This document shows, in pieces, positions 63,329 through 64,000 of a stretch of DNA of 64,000 bases. How positions within the stretch are numbered: position 1 is the stretch's first letter; every line of letters starts with the position of its first letter. The stretch is taken from IMG/VR virus record IMGVR_UViG_3300008261_003175; one strand, written 5' to 3'. A program made the translations under genes and the position numbers. The notes under the pieces are model-generated. The model saw nothing but the letters and a program-made list of their open reading frames with translations, had not been told where the DNA came from and searched no databases. This DNA is from a virus.

Positions 63329-64000
63329 ATGAAAACAAACATGAAACTTTTAAAGCTTATCATAGAAAATCTAAGAGAGGCTGATGAAGAGCAACCAGCA
63401 AAAGGTGGCGACGCTGCAGGTAAACTTGCAGCAGCTTTCAAAACTCAAGACGTTTCTGGATTCGTAAGTCAATTCAAAGCGATTGCATCTGATCCAAAGG
63501 TTCAAGCTATTCTAAAAGCAGGTACAACTGATGGAAACCCAGGTGATGAAAAGATCACTTACGCAAAAGGCAGCGTTGCTGTTAAAGGATTGTTGCCAAC
63601 TCAAAGTGAAATTGGATTCGATCAAAGCATAGCGAATATACTTTCTGATCAATACGATAGTCTTCAAAGCATACTTAAAGGTACAGCAAACGTTGGAGGC
63701 CCAATAGTTACCTATAATGGAAAATACGTTATAGATGGTCACCACAGATGGAGTCAAGTATACGCAGCAAATCCAAATGCGAAAATGGAAAATTTGGACA
63801 TTAAAGGAAATTTAAAACCAACCGAAATACTAAAGATAGTTCACGCAGCAATTGCAGCCAAAATTGGAGAAGTTCCTTCTGCTGATCCAAAGGGCATAAA
63901 CATTCTTAATGGAGTTACAGAAAAACAAGTTGCAGATGCAGTTAATTCCAAACTTTCAGATAAAGCTAAAAAGATTTGGGCAGCAAACGGAGAAAAAGAT
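63329..64000 (+). CDS. CTS-like-tagged ParB/Srx-domain protein (truncated by window end; not in ORF track)
   Basis: MKTNMKLLKLIIENLRE; LLPTQSEI..PIV..YVIDGHHRW; ATATTTAT 63307. Confidence 0.75.
   Translation, partial: MKTNMKLLKLIIENLREADEEQPAKGGDAAGKLAAAFKTQDVSGFVSQFKAIASDPKVQAILKAGTTDGNPGDEKITYAKGSVAVKGLLPTQSEIGFDQSIANILSDQYDSLQSILKGTANVGGPIVTYNGKYVIDGHHRWSQVYAANPNAKMENLDIKGNLKPTEILKIVHAAIAAKIGEVPSADPKGINILNGVTEKQVADAVNSKLSDKAKKIWAANGEKD

Noticed and set aside
2995-63757. All minus-strand ORFs in the supplied track
   Set aside because: Short antisense shadows of + strand genes or tRNAs, with no start context or recognisable motifs.
1-64000. Stop-codon reassignment (TAG/TGA recoding)
   Set aside because: Recognisable enzymes are full length in code 11, TAG and TGA end genes at sensible places, and no suppressor tRNA is seen.

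Overview
A 64-kb, AT-rich, densely coding fragment of a large lytic tailed phage; every credible gene is on the + strand. A Bacteroidota host is inferred from the lack of Shine-Dalgarno sites, an AAAAGTT-ATG start context, TAnnTTTA -7-type promoter boxes and a T9SS-CTD-like protein. Layout: (1) 0.3-19.8 kb is a glycan island with about nine glycosyltransferase genes, GDP-fucose synthesis (gmd/fcl) and an apparent route to a C10 acyl-branched 3,6-dideoxy sugar (RfbB, RfbH/E1, YerE-like ThDP enzyme, DmpF/DmpG, reductase). (2) 21.6-57 kb holds arrays of small early genes behind two repeated promoter architectures, with metabolic and repair genes (uvsE, thyA, GuaB/GMPR-family, mgsA, AsnRS-catalytic-domain protein, thioredoxin, metallophosphoesterase). 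(3) 53.25-53.9 kb is a tRNA cluster with three tRNAs, two anticodon-less tRNA mimics sharing one acceptor/T-arm, and structured spacer RNAs. (4) Scattered genes behind an ATATTTAT motif encode proteins that start with a T4-CTS-like M(I)KLxxILxE tag and carry ADP-ribosyltransferase, GNAT and ParB-like domains (candidate virion-injected effectors). (5) 58.6-62.1 kb encodes an MBD4-like glycosylase and a pair of putative DNA base-hypermodification enzymes. No CRISPR array, integrase or IS element was seen. All family assignments come from motifs read by eye; no database search was run.
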